Both the position numbers and the translations under genes were made by a program. A stretch of 56,366 bases of DNA from an uncultured Methanosarcinales archaeon. GTDB taxonomy: Archaea; Nanobdellota; Nanobdellia; Woesearchaeales; UBA525. The stretch's first letter is position 1. The number at the start of each line of letters is the position of its first letter. Location: the NCBI GenBank assembly GCA_964589765.1, contig CAZPUM010000004.1, positions 1 to 56,366 on the forward strand, given 5' to 3'. This document shows positions 7,571 to 15,801 of the stretch, in pieces. Under the pieces are notes generated by a model that made no database searches, was not told the origin of the DNA, and saw only the letters and a list, made by a program, of their open reading frames with translations.

Positions 7571-7967
7571 CGAAAACCACCTCATTGTCTTCATCTAAAT
7601 TAGCATAACTTCTAAGTTCTTTATCAACTTGTTCACCTTGATCATCGTCTAGAACATAAATCACTTGATCAAAACCACCTGTATCACTTGCACGCCCTAT
7701 AACACTATGCGGGACGCCTTCGAAATTAGCAATTATAATCGAATCACCCTTATCAATGGCTTTCTTACCCAGTCCTATTGCTTCTTTGTAAGCAGCATCT
7801 CTACCTTCTGGAGTGTACATTAGTTTAGAATACGGATCCATGCTTTTAAGCTCTAACTTCCTCTCAGGAGATACTTTCATATATCTGTTTTTCGTCATGA
7901 TTCCTTTGGCTGCCAAACCGTGTCTGAAGCTATCGTTATGCCATCCGTTGCGCCTCATTTTTTTCAT
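7563..7967 (-). CDS. GW-RH-tag family protein
   Basis: ORF track 7563..7985. The ATG at 7967 forms an ATGA overlap with the upstream stop. 'RRNGWHNDSFRHGLAAKGIMT'. TAG stop. Confidence 0.75.
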   Translation of the reverse strand: MKKMRRNGWHNDSFRHGLAAKGIMTKNRYMKVSPERKLELKSMDPYSKLMYTPEGRDAAYKEAIGLGKKAIDKGDSIIIANFEGVPHSVIGRASDTGGFDQVIYVLDDDQGEQVDKELRSYANLDEDNEVVFDA

Positions 7968-8647
7968 TTGCCCATTATTCTCCAACTGCTTATTCCCGAA
8001 GGAGACTTTGCAATTGCAAATTTCCTACCTTTCTTCTTCTTTGTAGCATAATCTGATGTTGTAAATGTCTTTTTAGCCCTGAGATCATAAAATTTCAAAG
8101 GAGCTTTCGCAGTACTCATCTTCTTCTTTGCCAAATAAATCACCTCTCGATTTTGTGGTTTAAGCATGAAATTCTTCACATCTTTATCTTCTACATCAAA
8201 ACCAGCCGCAAATGCATCTGCTCTGGCTTCTGCCATCTCAATGTCAGCATCAGTCTTTTTTCTTCTATAGAGTGCAACATGATGACCTAACTCGTGATCA
8301 AGAACATCTTTTTTAATTGCTTTACTTGAGAAATGCGTCACCTCGTGCTTAGGTTGCGCAAACACTAAAATTTCCCGCTTACCTCTGAGATATTGAGCCC
8401 ATGCGCCTTCTTGAGTCTTATTCCTTGGCTGAGTAAATCTGATCGCCTTTAGACCTTTTAAGTTATCTCTATCTTGTCTTGCTAAGAAACTCTTAGCATC
8501 TTTTTTAGTAATAGGATAAACCCTGCCTTTTTCATGCCGTTCAGCTATGATAGGAATAGTTTTTCTTACTTTACGTTTGGTATAAGTACGAACCCCTTTT
8601 GCTGCAAGAGAGTGCCTGAAACTATCATTATACCATCCTCGTCTCAT
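7964..8647 (-). CDS. GW-RH-tag family protein with HExxH zinc-metallopeptidase-like body
   Basis: N-terminus 'MRRGWYNDSFRHSLAAKGVRT'. Contains 'VLDHELGHHVAL' (HExxH). Confidence 0.7.
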   Translation of the reverse strand: MRRGWYNDSFRHSLAAKGVRTYTKRKVRKTIPIIAERHEKGRVYPITKKDAKSFLARQDRDNLKGLKAIRFTQPRNKTQEGAWAQYLRGKREILVFAQPKHEVTHFSSKAIKKDVLDHELGHHVALYRRKKTDADIEMAEARADAFAAGFDVEDKDVKNFMLKPQNREVIYLAKKKMSTAKAPLKFYDLRAKKTFTTSDYATKKKKGRKFAIAKSPSGISSWRIMGK

Positions 8648-9066
8648 ATTAAGTTCCTCTTTAATGCTTCTCTCTTTTCTTCATTTATAAATGAAGCGGT
8701 ATTTGTTGTTGAAAGTTGTTTCATCATGCGCTTTTTGAACAATTGGTTATTATCAGCCATCTTAACAAGCATATCTACGCCTATTTTATTGATTTTATCA
8801 AGAGTATCATCTGCATCTATCATAGTGTATGCTTTTATACCTCTAAGCCTTAAATCCTCTTCATCAACATTAGGGTGCATTCGCTTCATATCCTGAAACG
8901 ACTTATCCTGACGCGCCATGGACATTATGTGAGAGAATGGTAACTGCTTCTCATTTTTTCTAGCAAAGAATACAGGATCTACTAGTTTAGACTTATTATA
9001 AACCTTGATACCTTTAGCTGCAAGTGCGTGACCTGCACTGTTACCGTACCAACCGCCTCTCTTCAT
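8644..9066 (-). CDS. GW-RH-tag family protein (degenerate tag)
   Basis: N-terminus 'KRGGWYGNSAGHALAAKGIKV'. GAGGTGA SD. Confidence 0.75.
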   Translation of the reverse strand: MKRGGWYGNSAGHALAAKGIKVYNKSKLVDPVFFARKNEKQLPFSHIMSMARQDKSFQDMKRMHPNVDEEDLRLRGIKAYTMIDADDTLDKINKIGVDMLVKMADNNQLFKKRMMKQLSTTNTASFINEEKREALKRNLI

Positions 9067-9160
9067 CTCTCACCTCAACGTTATGCTCAACATACCAATA
9101 CACTAGAATCACACAAAAAATTCCTAAAATTCCTTGCATAAGAGTTAACTGATAAGTCAT
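9041..9160 (-). CDS. 39-aa single-TM micro-protein
   Basis: Hand translation (MTYQLTLMQGILGIFCVILVYWYVEHN...). ATGA overlap with the stop of 9157..14040. Confidence 0.3.
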   Translation of the reverse strand: MTYQLTLMQGILGIFCVILVYWYVEHNVEVRDEERRLVR

Positions 9161-12100
9161 CCTGAAGTCACCACTTGCCAAGCTGTTGGAGTATAATATT
9201 CCTGGTTGCTATTTGAGATAGGCATACTTAACCAGAGCGTAATCGAATTAGATGCACCATTACCAGGGAACAAACCGTAGTTTAAATCCTTTAAAATTCC
9301 ATCTGCAAGAAGTGTGGCATTTGTTAAATCATTTCCTGCTTTGAAATTACTGGCCAAAAGAGCTTCTGAACTATCAGTTCTACCTTCCAAATCATAAGCA
9401 CGCATGCTAAAATTCAGTTCAACATTTCCTGTGTTCAAAATAGTAACTGCAGGAGTACCTTGTGCATTATTAATTCCCGGACCTGCCGTAGGGAATGTAA
9501 CTGAATCAACTGTTCTTTGCGATGCTAACAGTTCAGCATACTCGCAAACGTTATTCACAGTGGTTGTAGCAGTCTTCCCTGGAGCAACTGTGACGTTTAT
9601 GAATAAGTCGTAGTCGCCTGGAACATAATAGTAACTCATAGGTATTGAACAATTATATGCATGTTCTGTAGAACTAGTAGTTGTAACTGAGCAGGTTGTC
9701 GTACTATAAGTGTTTGCACCTAAAGATACGCTAACCTCATTGATAGTGTCTTGAGTAATCCCTCCACCATAATTAACTGTGAAGTTCACAGGTATTCTAA
9801 CGGCTTCAGGCTGATCGTTTTCATTCGGATAAGTCAATGCTTGGCAAGTATTTTCTACAAATGTAGGAATTATATTTATGATGAAATCAACAGCATTTGT
9901 TCCTGCATCCGCAGTGAAATAATCATCTGAAGCAGTTACATAAACTTTACCTTGAGTAGTTTCAACAAACCAGTTATCTATGGTGTAATTTGTTACCGTC
10001 TGCGAACTAACAACAGTAGTGTTTGTGCCATTCAAATCAACTTTAACTTCATAAGCATATGTGCCAATTCCTTCTGTAGCTGCAGTCCAATTTATGCGCC
10101 AATAAGGATTGTTTGTAATTGTAACCCCGTCTGGCTGGACATTTGTAACTGGTTGCAACTTGCTAACATTGAAAGCATCTGTTGTATTAGAAGCACTAGC
10201 AGACTGATCATTGTAAGTCTCAGTTAATGTCACCGTGTAAATGTTCTCACCTACTGAGAAACTGTTAGTTGTTGCTAAACCATATTGCTGATCTTGCACT
10301 GTGAACTCACTACTGTTTGTAGTAGTGTTACCCAGAGCATTGTCAGACCAAGTTACGTTGATGTTTGTATCTGTTTCATTCCAGAACGGTTGTGAATTAC
10401 CTAGTTCATCTTTGACTGCTAAAGCATACACTCTTGGTAAAGGCTTAGTGGTGCCGTTAGCCTCTGCAATCTCGGAACCGTAAATCTTCACTTCATCAGA
10501 ACCATCAAAATAACCGGAAGCATTGAAAGTATACGTAGCAGTTGTTTCAAGCTCTGCAAATGTCAAATTATTAAGCTGGAATGTTGCATCAGTAAATCCC
10601 CCGCCAATAATATCATCAACTCTATCAGTTATATTACCGAAAGGCAATTCAACAACAGCAAATAAAGTGTTGTTTCTACCTAAATTAGCAGAAACAGATT
10701 GATTAACAGAAATAGCAAACTCATATTCAGTATCAGGATAAAGTGTAAACCTGGGCTCAAATAAGTTCTGCTGTGCTGTATTACCTCTTAAACCCGTAAA
10801 TGTAACTAACAGAAGCCCACTAGTCTCATTATATATTTTAAGAACTTGCGGAAGCCTTGAACCATAGTTATAACCAGTTATACTCCTTAACTGCTGAACA
10901 CTTCGGGGTTTATATGAAAAACCACCATAAACATCAGAAGTCACACTAGATGTAAGAGTGAATGTAAGTGCATTTAAATCATCAACAACTGTAATGTTTT
11001 CTGCAACATCAGTAAATTGGACATCAGTATCAGAATCGCAGAAATAAGTACCGTTACCGTTTTCAACACAGAAATTAGATAGTTGAACATCGTTATATTC
11101 ATCATAAAGATACGCAGTTAATTGTGAGAAAGGACTCAAGAACACAAAATCAACACTGGAATAATTACTTACATTCTTAGAAACCATACGATCTATGGAA
11201 TACTTCTCTGTAGAATTTGCCCAAAATTCCACATCAGGATAATTACCATCATAAGTAACTTCTGCCGATAAAGAACCATTAACAGTACACTCCAACCTAT
11301 CTTCAGTAGTTGAATCTATTATGGACACCACATCGGTCCAAGAAACGCAGAACAAATCTATTTGTCCGCCATTTGAAGCTGAAAAGTTTACCAACGTCAT
11401 TACTGGTAATGCAGATGTTCTTACTACTTTCGTAATATTTCTTGCGAGCCCTAATCTGTATGTAATTGTGCCACCATTATCGCTCCTATCTAGGACTTTA
11501 CCAACATTCTTCGGAAGGCTAGCCTCTCCAGAGTGCGCAACACTCCTTGTACCTTTATAACTGGTTGAACTCCATAATTCAACTTGATCTCCATCAAAAA
11601 TCGTCCAAATATAATCTTCCAATGCACCACTGTACCAAACAGTTCCGTTTGCTTGGTAAATAGTTACTCCCGTAGTAGTAAAATCATACCTAAAGCTATT
11701 TATGGGAGGATTTGCAGGAAAAGGAGTAGAAAAGTTCGTCCAAGCAATCTCTATGTTGTTTCTCTCAGTATTAGTCATGCCCGATAAATTGAAAAATAAA
11801 ACAACTGGATCACTGAGAGGAATTGTATCCGGATAAGGAGGAAGCGCTGTGTGATTACCGGGCACTCCATCGGCACGACTCCAATCAGCATCATAAACCA
11901 TATTTCTCTTCACTATAGAATACGCATTAAAATAAACCTCATCTTGACCCAGGCCAGAAGAGTTCATGGCAAAACCAGTTATATTAACATATTCACCTGA
12001 AGTAAAATTTACATCATAACTTGAATTAGTAGCATTACCGCCAGTATAATTTAGATAAAGAAAATTAGTCTCCGTAGATGCGTAGAATGGCTCCAACCCT

Positions 12101-14040
12101 CCGTATAATTCAAAACCACTAACTCCAGAATCCATTTGATCAACTGAATAAAGCATTATTTGAGACGTTTCTGGAGAACTGCTGTTTTCAACCGAATAAT
12201 TTGAGAAACCTGGAACTTCGTAGATTAACTCTGTTCCTGTGTTTTCCAAAAGACTACATTCAGTACATTCTACTCCGTCCCTATATATAACAGGATTCAC
12301 ATAATCATTAGCACTGTAAAATGTTAAATTAGCCGTTGTATTAACGTCTGAAGGCAGAGAACCACTATCTACGGAAACCCATCGATCTTGACCTGCCAAA
12401 TCATAAGACGTGCCACTATAAGTAATTGCATCTATCACTAGGTAGAAATTATCAAGAGTCATGGTTTCATCCCAACCAGCCACCCAAGTTATTTCACCTG
12501 AATCTGTAGGAGTCAAAAAGGCATCAGTCCCATATAAGTCACCTATTAAACAATAAACGTACACATTCTCCGAAGCTGGAACTTCTACTCCCGCACCAAA
12601 GTCAGCATAATAATCAGTACCTGAGCCAGTTATATTTGAAGTTGTACCCAGATCTCCAGAAGAATCCTCGATAGTACAAGAAGTAGGAGATGTTGCCGTT
12701 ATGTTAAATCCTATAATTGTCTGAGGACTATCGAACTGAACAACCATTCCCCACTCACTACTTACCGTACCGAAATTCGTAGACAAAGACTTTCCATGTG
12801 TTTCAGCAACTTCAAAAGATGAAGCTTCTCCTAGATTAACATCTAGTGCTACTGAAAAATTAGCTCCACTGAAATTCAAATCCGTTCCTAGCCACTTGAT
12901 AAGGAAATTATCAGTAACTGTCAGCTCAGGCGTCTCCAAATGTCTTGAATCAAAGGAAAATATTGAGTCAACGAAATCAGGCAAAACTACAGGTAAAGGA
13001 GGACCTTCAACAGGAACTCTGATCGAGTATATTTCATTACTGCCATCCGTTACCCAAATGTCGCCTGTGGCATCATCAATAGACACATACCTAGCTTTAG
13101 GCACACCAGTTTCTTCAGTTAACGTCATACTTGAAGCGCCCGAAGTTATATCTGCTGTAGTGTATAGCGCATAATTTCCTAAACCGTCAGCTACAGTAAA
13201 CGCACAAATGCTCAAATCATCAAGACACTCAACATCTAAAAACGCATTGTTTGAAGAATAATTTTTCTTTGACACTGTGCCGTCTATAATTGTAATTATC
13301 TCACCTGCAAAACTATTTCCTGATGTGATTGCTACTATGAATGTACTGTTTTTCACATATAAACCCGATATTTCATTTGAAGCATTTGTATCATACTTAA
13401 AAATAAAATCTTTAGTCACTGCATCTATTATGGACACATTACCGAAAAGATCAGCCACACCAAAGTAAGTTTCTTCAGAAGACATTGCGACCGCAACAGG
13501 ACCTACCAAATTAGGAAACTGAAAACTTTGCCAGGCCGCATCCGTTCCATTTCTAAATGTAACTACATCATCTGATTCAAATACGCGAGCAACCATATAT
13601 ATCTCGTCATTCACAGAAGCAACATCAATCTCCTCGAAACTAAACTCGTAAGAGGTCTCATCAGTTATACCATTTGAAGAAGAGAACCCTGAAATATAAG
13701 ATAAACGAAAACCATTTCTAACTACAGCCATAGTTCTATTTTCACTCATGTTCTCCACATAACTCCTAGAAGGAAACGAGAAACCATAAAACGAAGTATT
13801 GACTTCCTCAAACCAAGTACTTCCGAAATCAGTAGAAAAAGCATTAGCATATATATTGTCACCACTCGACCTTACTATAACACCATCACTGGCAAAAATA
13901 TCTCCGTTGTAAGAAGATCCTTCTAAATAACCAGTGTAATTATAGAATTGTAAAGATAAAACAGGCGTGGCAAAAGATATCATGAATAAGATAAACATAG
14001 TTGGTAAAACTATCTGCGCCAACCTTAATTTAGTTACCAT
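9157..14040 (-). CDS. giant secreted, N-x-S/T-dense surface, spike or adhesin-like protein (1627 aa)
   Basis: N-terminal hydrophobic signal or anchor. A perfect Asp-box 'STDFGSTW'. More than 50 N-x-S/T sequons counted by eye. Confidence 0.8.
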   Translation of the reverse strand: MVTKLRLAQIVLPTMFILFMISFATPVLSLQFYNYTGYLEGSSYNGDIFASDGVIVRSSGDNIYANAFSTDFGSTWFEEVNTSFYGFSFPSRSYVENMSENRTMAVVRNGFRLSYISGFSSSNGITDETSYEFSFEEIDVASVNDEIYMVARVFESDDVVTFRNGTDAAWQSFQFPNLVGPVAVAMSSEETYFGVADLFGNVSIIDAVTKDFIFKYDTNASNEISGLYVKNSTFIVAITSGNSFAGEIITIIDGTVSKKNYSSNNAFLDVECLDDLSICAFTVADGLGNYALYTTADITSGASSMTLTEETGVPKARYVSIDDATGDIWVTDGSNEIYSIRVPVEGPPLPVVLPDFVDSIFSFDSRHLETPELTVTDNFLIKWLGTDLNFSGANFSVALDVNLGEASSFEVAETHGKSLSTNFGTVSSEWGMVVQFDSPQTIIGFNITATSPTSCTIEDSSGDLGTTSNITGSGTDYYADFGAGVEVPASENVYVYCLIGDLYGTDAFLTPTDSGEITWVAGWDETMTLDNFYLVIDAITYSGTSYDLAGQDRWVSVDSGSLPSDVNTTANLTFYSANDYVNPVIYRDGVECTECSLLENTGTELIYEVPGFSNYSVENSSSPETSQIMLYSVDQMDSGVSGFELYGGLEPFYASTETNFLYLNYTGGNATNSSYDVNFTSGEYVNITGFAMNSSGLGQDEVYFNAYSIVKRNMVYDADWSRADGVPGNHTALPPYPDTIPLSDPVVLFFNLSGMTNTERNNIEIAWTNFSTPFPANPPINSFRYDFTTTGVTIYQANGTVWYSGALEDYIWTIFDGDQVELWSSTSYKGTRSVAHSGEASLPKNVGKVLDRSDNGGTITYRLGLARNITKVVRTSALPVMTLVNFSASNGGQIDLFCVSWTDVVSIIDSTTEDRLECTVNGSLSAEVTYDGNYPDVEFWANSTEKYSIDRMVSKNVSNYSSVDFVFLSPFSQLTAYLYDEYNDVQLSNFCVENGNGTYFCDSDTDVQFTDVAENITVVDDLNALTFTLTSSVTSDVYGGFSYKPRSVQQLRSITGYNYGSRLPQVLKIYNETSGLLLVTFTGLRGNTAQQNLFEPRFTLYPDTEYEFAISVNQSVSANLGRNNTLFAVVELPFGNITDRVDDIIGGGFTDATFQLNNLTFAELETTATYTFNASGYFDGSDEVKIYGSEIAEANGTTKPLPRVYALAVKDELGNSQPFWNETDTNINVTWSDNALGNTTTNSSEFTVQDQQYGLATTNSFSVGENIYTVTLTETYNDQSASASNTTDAFNVSKLQPVTNVQPDGVTITNNPYWRINWTAATEGIGTYAYEVKVDLNGTNTTVVSSQTVTNYTIDNWFVETTQGKVYVTASDDYFTADAGTNAVDFIINIIPTFVENTCQALTYPNENDQPEAVRIPVNFTVNYGGGITQDTINEVSVSLGANTYSTTTCSVTTTSSTEHAYNCSIPMSYYYVPGDYDLFINVTVAPGKTATTTVNNVCEYAELLASQRTVDSVTFPTAGPGINNAQGTPAVTILNTGNVELNFSMRAYDLEGRTDSSEALLASNFKAGNDLTNATLLADGILKDLNYGLFPGNGASNSITLWLSMPISNSNQEYYTPTAWQVVTSG

Positions 14041-14058
14041 TACTTAACACTCCCCAGG

Positions 14059-14068
14059 ATATTTAAAA
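14059..14068 (-). promoter_or_regulatory. TATA-box-like element (minus TTTTAAATAT)
   Basis: Lies 19-28 nt upstream of ATG 14040. Confidence 0.4.
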
Positions 14069-14087
14069 CCTTTTCTGTTTGTTTTAT

Positions 14088-14177
14088 CTATTTCTTCTTC
14101 CAACTCATGCTGAATGCTTTCATTCCCCAATCAGCAAACCAGATGCCTTTCTTCGTTTTCATCTTCTTACCGTACAC
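14088..14177 (-). CDS. 29-aa Lys/Trp-rich micro-protein (GTG start)
   Basis: Hand translation (YGKKMKTKKGIWFADWGMKAFSMSWKKK). GGAGGTGAAACT SD identical to its neighbour's. Confidence 0.35.
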   Translation of the reverse strand: MYGKKMKTKKGIWFADWGMKAFSMSWKKK

Positions 14178-14190
14178 AGTTTCACCTCCT

Positions 14191-14307
14191 CTACTTCTTC
14201 TTTTTCATCTTAATGGCGCCCATTCCAGCCTTACCCATCTTCTCAGCTGAGTACATACCGGCATTGGCCATTTTATCAAATGCATTTATTTTCATCTTCT
14301 TCTTCAT
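14191..14307 (-). CDS. 38-aa Lys/Met-rich micro-protein
   Basis: Hand translation (MKKKMKINAFDKMANAGMYSAEKMGKAGMGAIKMKKKK). GGAGGTGAAACT SD. Confidence 0.45.
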   Translation of the reverse strand: MKKKMKINAFDKMANAGMYSAEKMGKAGMGAIKMKKKK

Positions 14308-14327
14308 AGTTTCACCTCCCATAGTGA

Positions 14328-14429
14328 TTATACTCTCTTTCCCATAATACGTTCCGCCGTGACTTTTCCAAATTTACCCATGCGGTCAACCATTTTAGTC
14401 ACGCCATTTTTAGTGTACTTAGTTTTCAT
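14328..14429 (-). CDS. 33-aa basic micro-protein
   Basis: Hand translation (MKTKYTKNGVTKMVDRMGKFGKVTAERIMGKRV). GAGGTG SD. Confidence 0.45.
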   Translation of the reverse strand: MKTKYTKNGVTKMVDRMGKFGKVTAERIMGKRV

Positions 14430-14438
14430 TTATGCACC

Positions 14439-15737
14439 TCATCCGCTAAACACTGACATGTGGACCTCATCTTCTTGGTTTGTAAGGATGTCCGTCACAG
14501 TGCTGTTAATTTGAGTTGTTGTAGTTTCAATCCTATTAACAGTTGCATTTATTACTCCTATGTCAGTCAAAACCTGGTCTATATTAACTGCCAAAGTTCC
14601 AGTCACGTAGTCATAAGTACTCGTAGTTGTCTCATTAATGAAAGCCAAATAAGCATTTTGAATACTTATGTTTCCATCATAAACTGTTCTGAAGTTCGCC
14701 AAATCAGTACTTATAGCGTTAACCGTAGTATTTATTTGAACTTGGTTAGCTAAAACTTCTGTTAAGTTAGCCAATATCTGTGCCTGATTTTCCTCTAAGA
14801 CGGTAACATTAATGTCTATCGCATCTATCGCCTCCAGAACTTGACTGAAGTTTGTATTTATGTTTGCAAACTGAGTGTTTAAAGTGTTGTTTAAATCAGC
14901 AAGTTGTAAGTCTACACTATCAAACCTATTGAACACTTCTGTAAAGTTAGATTGTATGTCAGCGAAGTAGTCAAAGACTGTACTGAAATTAGACTGGATA
15001 TCTGCGAAGTTGTTCGTCAAAGCAGTATCAATATTATCCAACTCAGTCAATACTGTACTAAAATTAGATTGTATGTCGCCAAACTCTGCAAGAACAGTAC
15101 TTATATTCGCGTTCAACTGAGTACTCAAATCAGACACTTGAGTTGAAACTCCTGCTATGTCTGCACTAAGAGACTCGTTAATTGCAAAAACATCTGTGCT
15201 CAACTGCGTCAAGTTATTGGCAACATAAGTCAAGTTCTGAGATATACCATCAAGATCTTCTTGAATGTTAGTTACATTATTTAACAAGAAATTAAATGCA
15301 CCAGATAAGTGGAATGAGTTCGTAACACTAGCAGTTTTAGCTCCTGCTGCATACGTACAAACTGCTTGATATTCATAAGTTCCTTCCGGCCCATTAGGAG
15401 TAGTAAAGTTATACCAATAGTCACCTGAGAAAGAACTAGTGGCCATCAACTGATCCTGAACAAAGTACGTCTTATCAGGATACAAGATAGATGCAGTACA
15501 GTTCTGAACAGTTACAGGATTACCTTGAAAATCAACGAGTCTTGCTATGATTTGACCCGTCTCCGCAAATCTATACTCTGTATGAGAGACCATCAACATT
15601 TTAGGACTGTAAGCAACCTCTTTACCAGACGCATAATTTACTAATGTTGTCGCTCCTCCAAAAGCAAAAGACAATGCTAGAAGAAGAACTACAATTGTAG
15701 GAAACTTTAATTTCTTATTTTTAGTATCTGACGCCAT
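14439..15737 (-). CDS. signal-anchored fibre-like glycoprotein: beta-sandwich module + Asn-rich coiled coil
   Basis: ORF track 14439..15779. Start moved to ATG 15737 (GGAGGT SD). Contains 'DIQSNFSTV'-type repeats and a 'YPDKT...GTYEYQAVC' module. Confidence 0.75.
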   Translation of the reverse strand: MASDTKNKKLKFPTIVVLLLALSFAFGGATTLVNYASGKEVAYSPKMLMVSHTEYRFAETGQIIARLVDFQGNPVTVQNCTASILYPDKTYFVQDQLMATSSFSGDYWYNFTTPNGPEGTYEYQAVCTYAAGAKTASVTNSFHLSGAFNFLLNNVTNIQEDLDGISQNLTYVANNLTQLSTDVFAINESLSADIAGVSTQVSDLSTQLNANISTVLAEFGDIQSNFSTVLTELDNIDTALTNNFADIQSNFSTVFDYFADIQSNFTEVFNRFDSVDLQLADLNNTLNTQFANINTNFSQVLEAIDAIDINVTVLEENQAQILANLTEVLANQVQINTTVNAISTDLANFRTVYDGNISIQNAYLAFINETTTSTYDYVTGTLAVNIDQVLTDIGVINATVNRIETTTTQINSTVTDILTNQEDEVHMSVFSG

Positions 15738-15756
15738 ATTTACCTCCAAGCTTTGT

Positions 15757-15794
15757 TTATTTTTAAATGTAGCGCACACTTTGTGACAATATTG
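15757..15794 (-). promoter_or_regulatory. 38-nt conserved promoter/operator element, copy A
   Basis: 36/38 identical to 20841-20878. Minus strand reads CAATATTGTCACAAAGTGTGCGCTACATTTAAAAATAA. Confidence 0.55.
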
Positions 15795-15801
15795 CGCAAA
15801 T

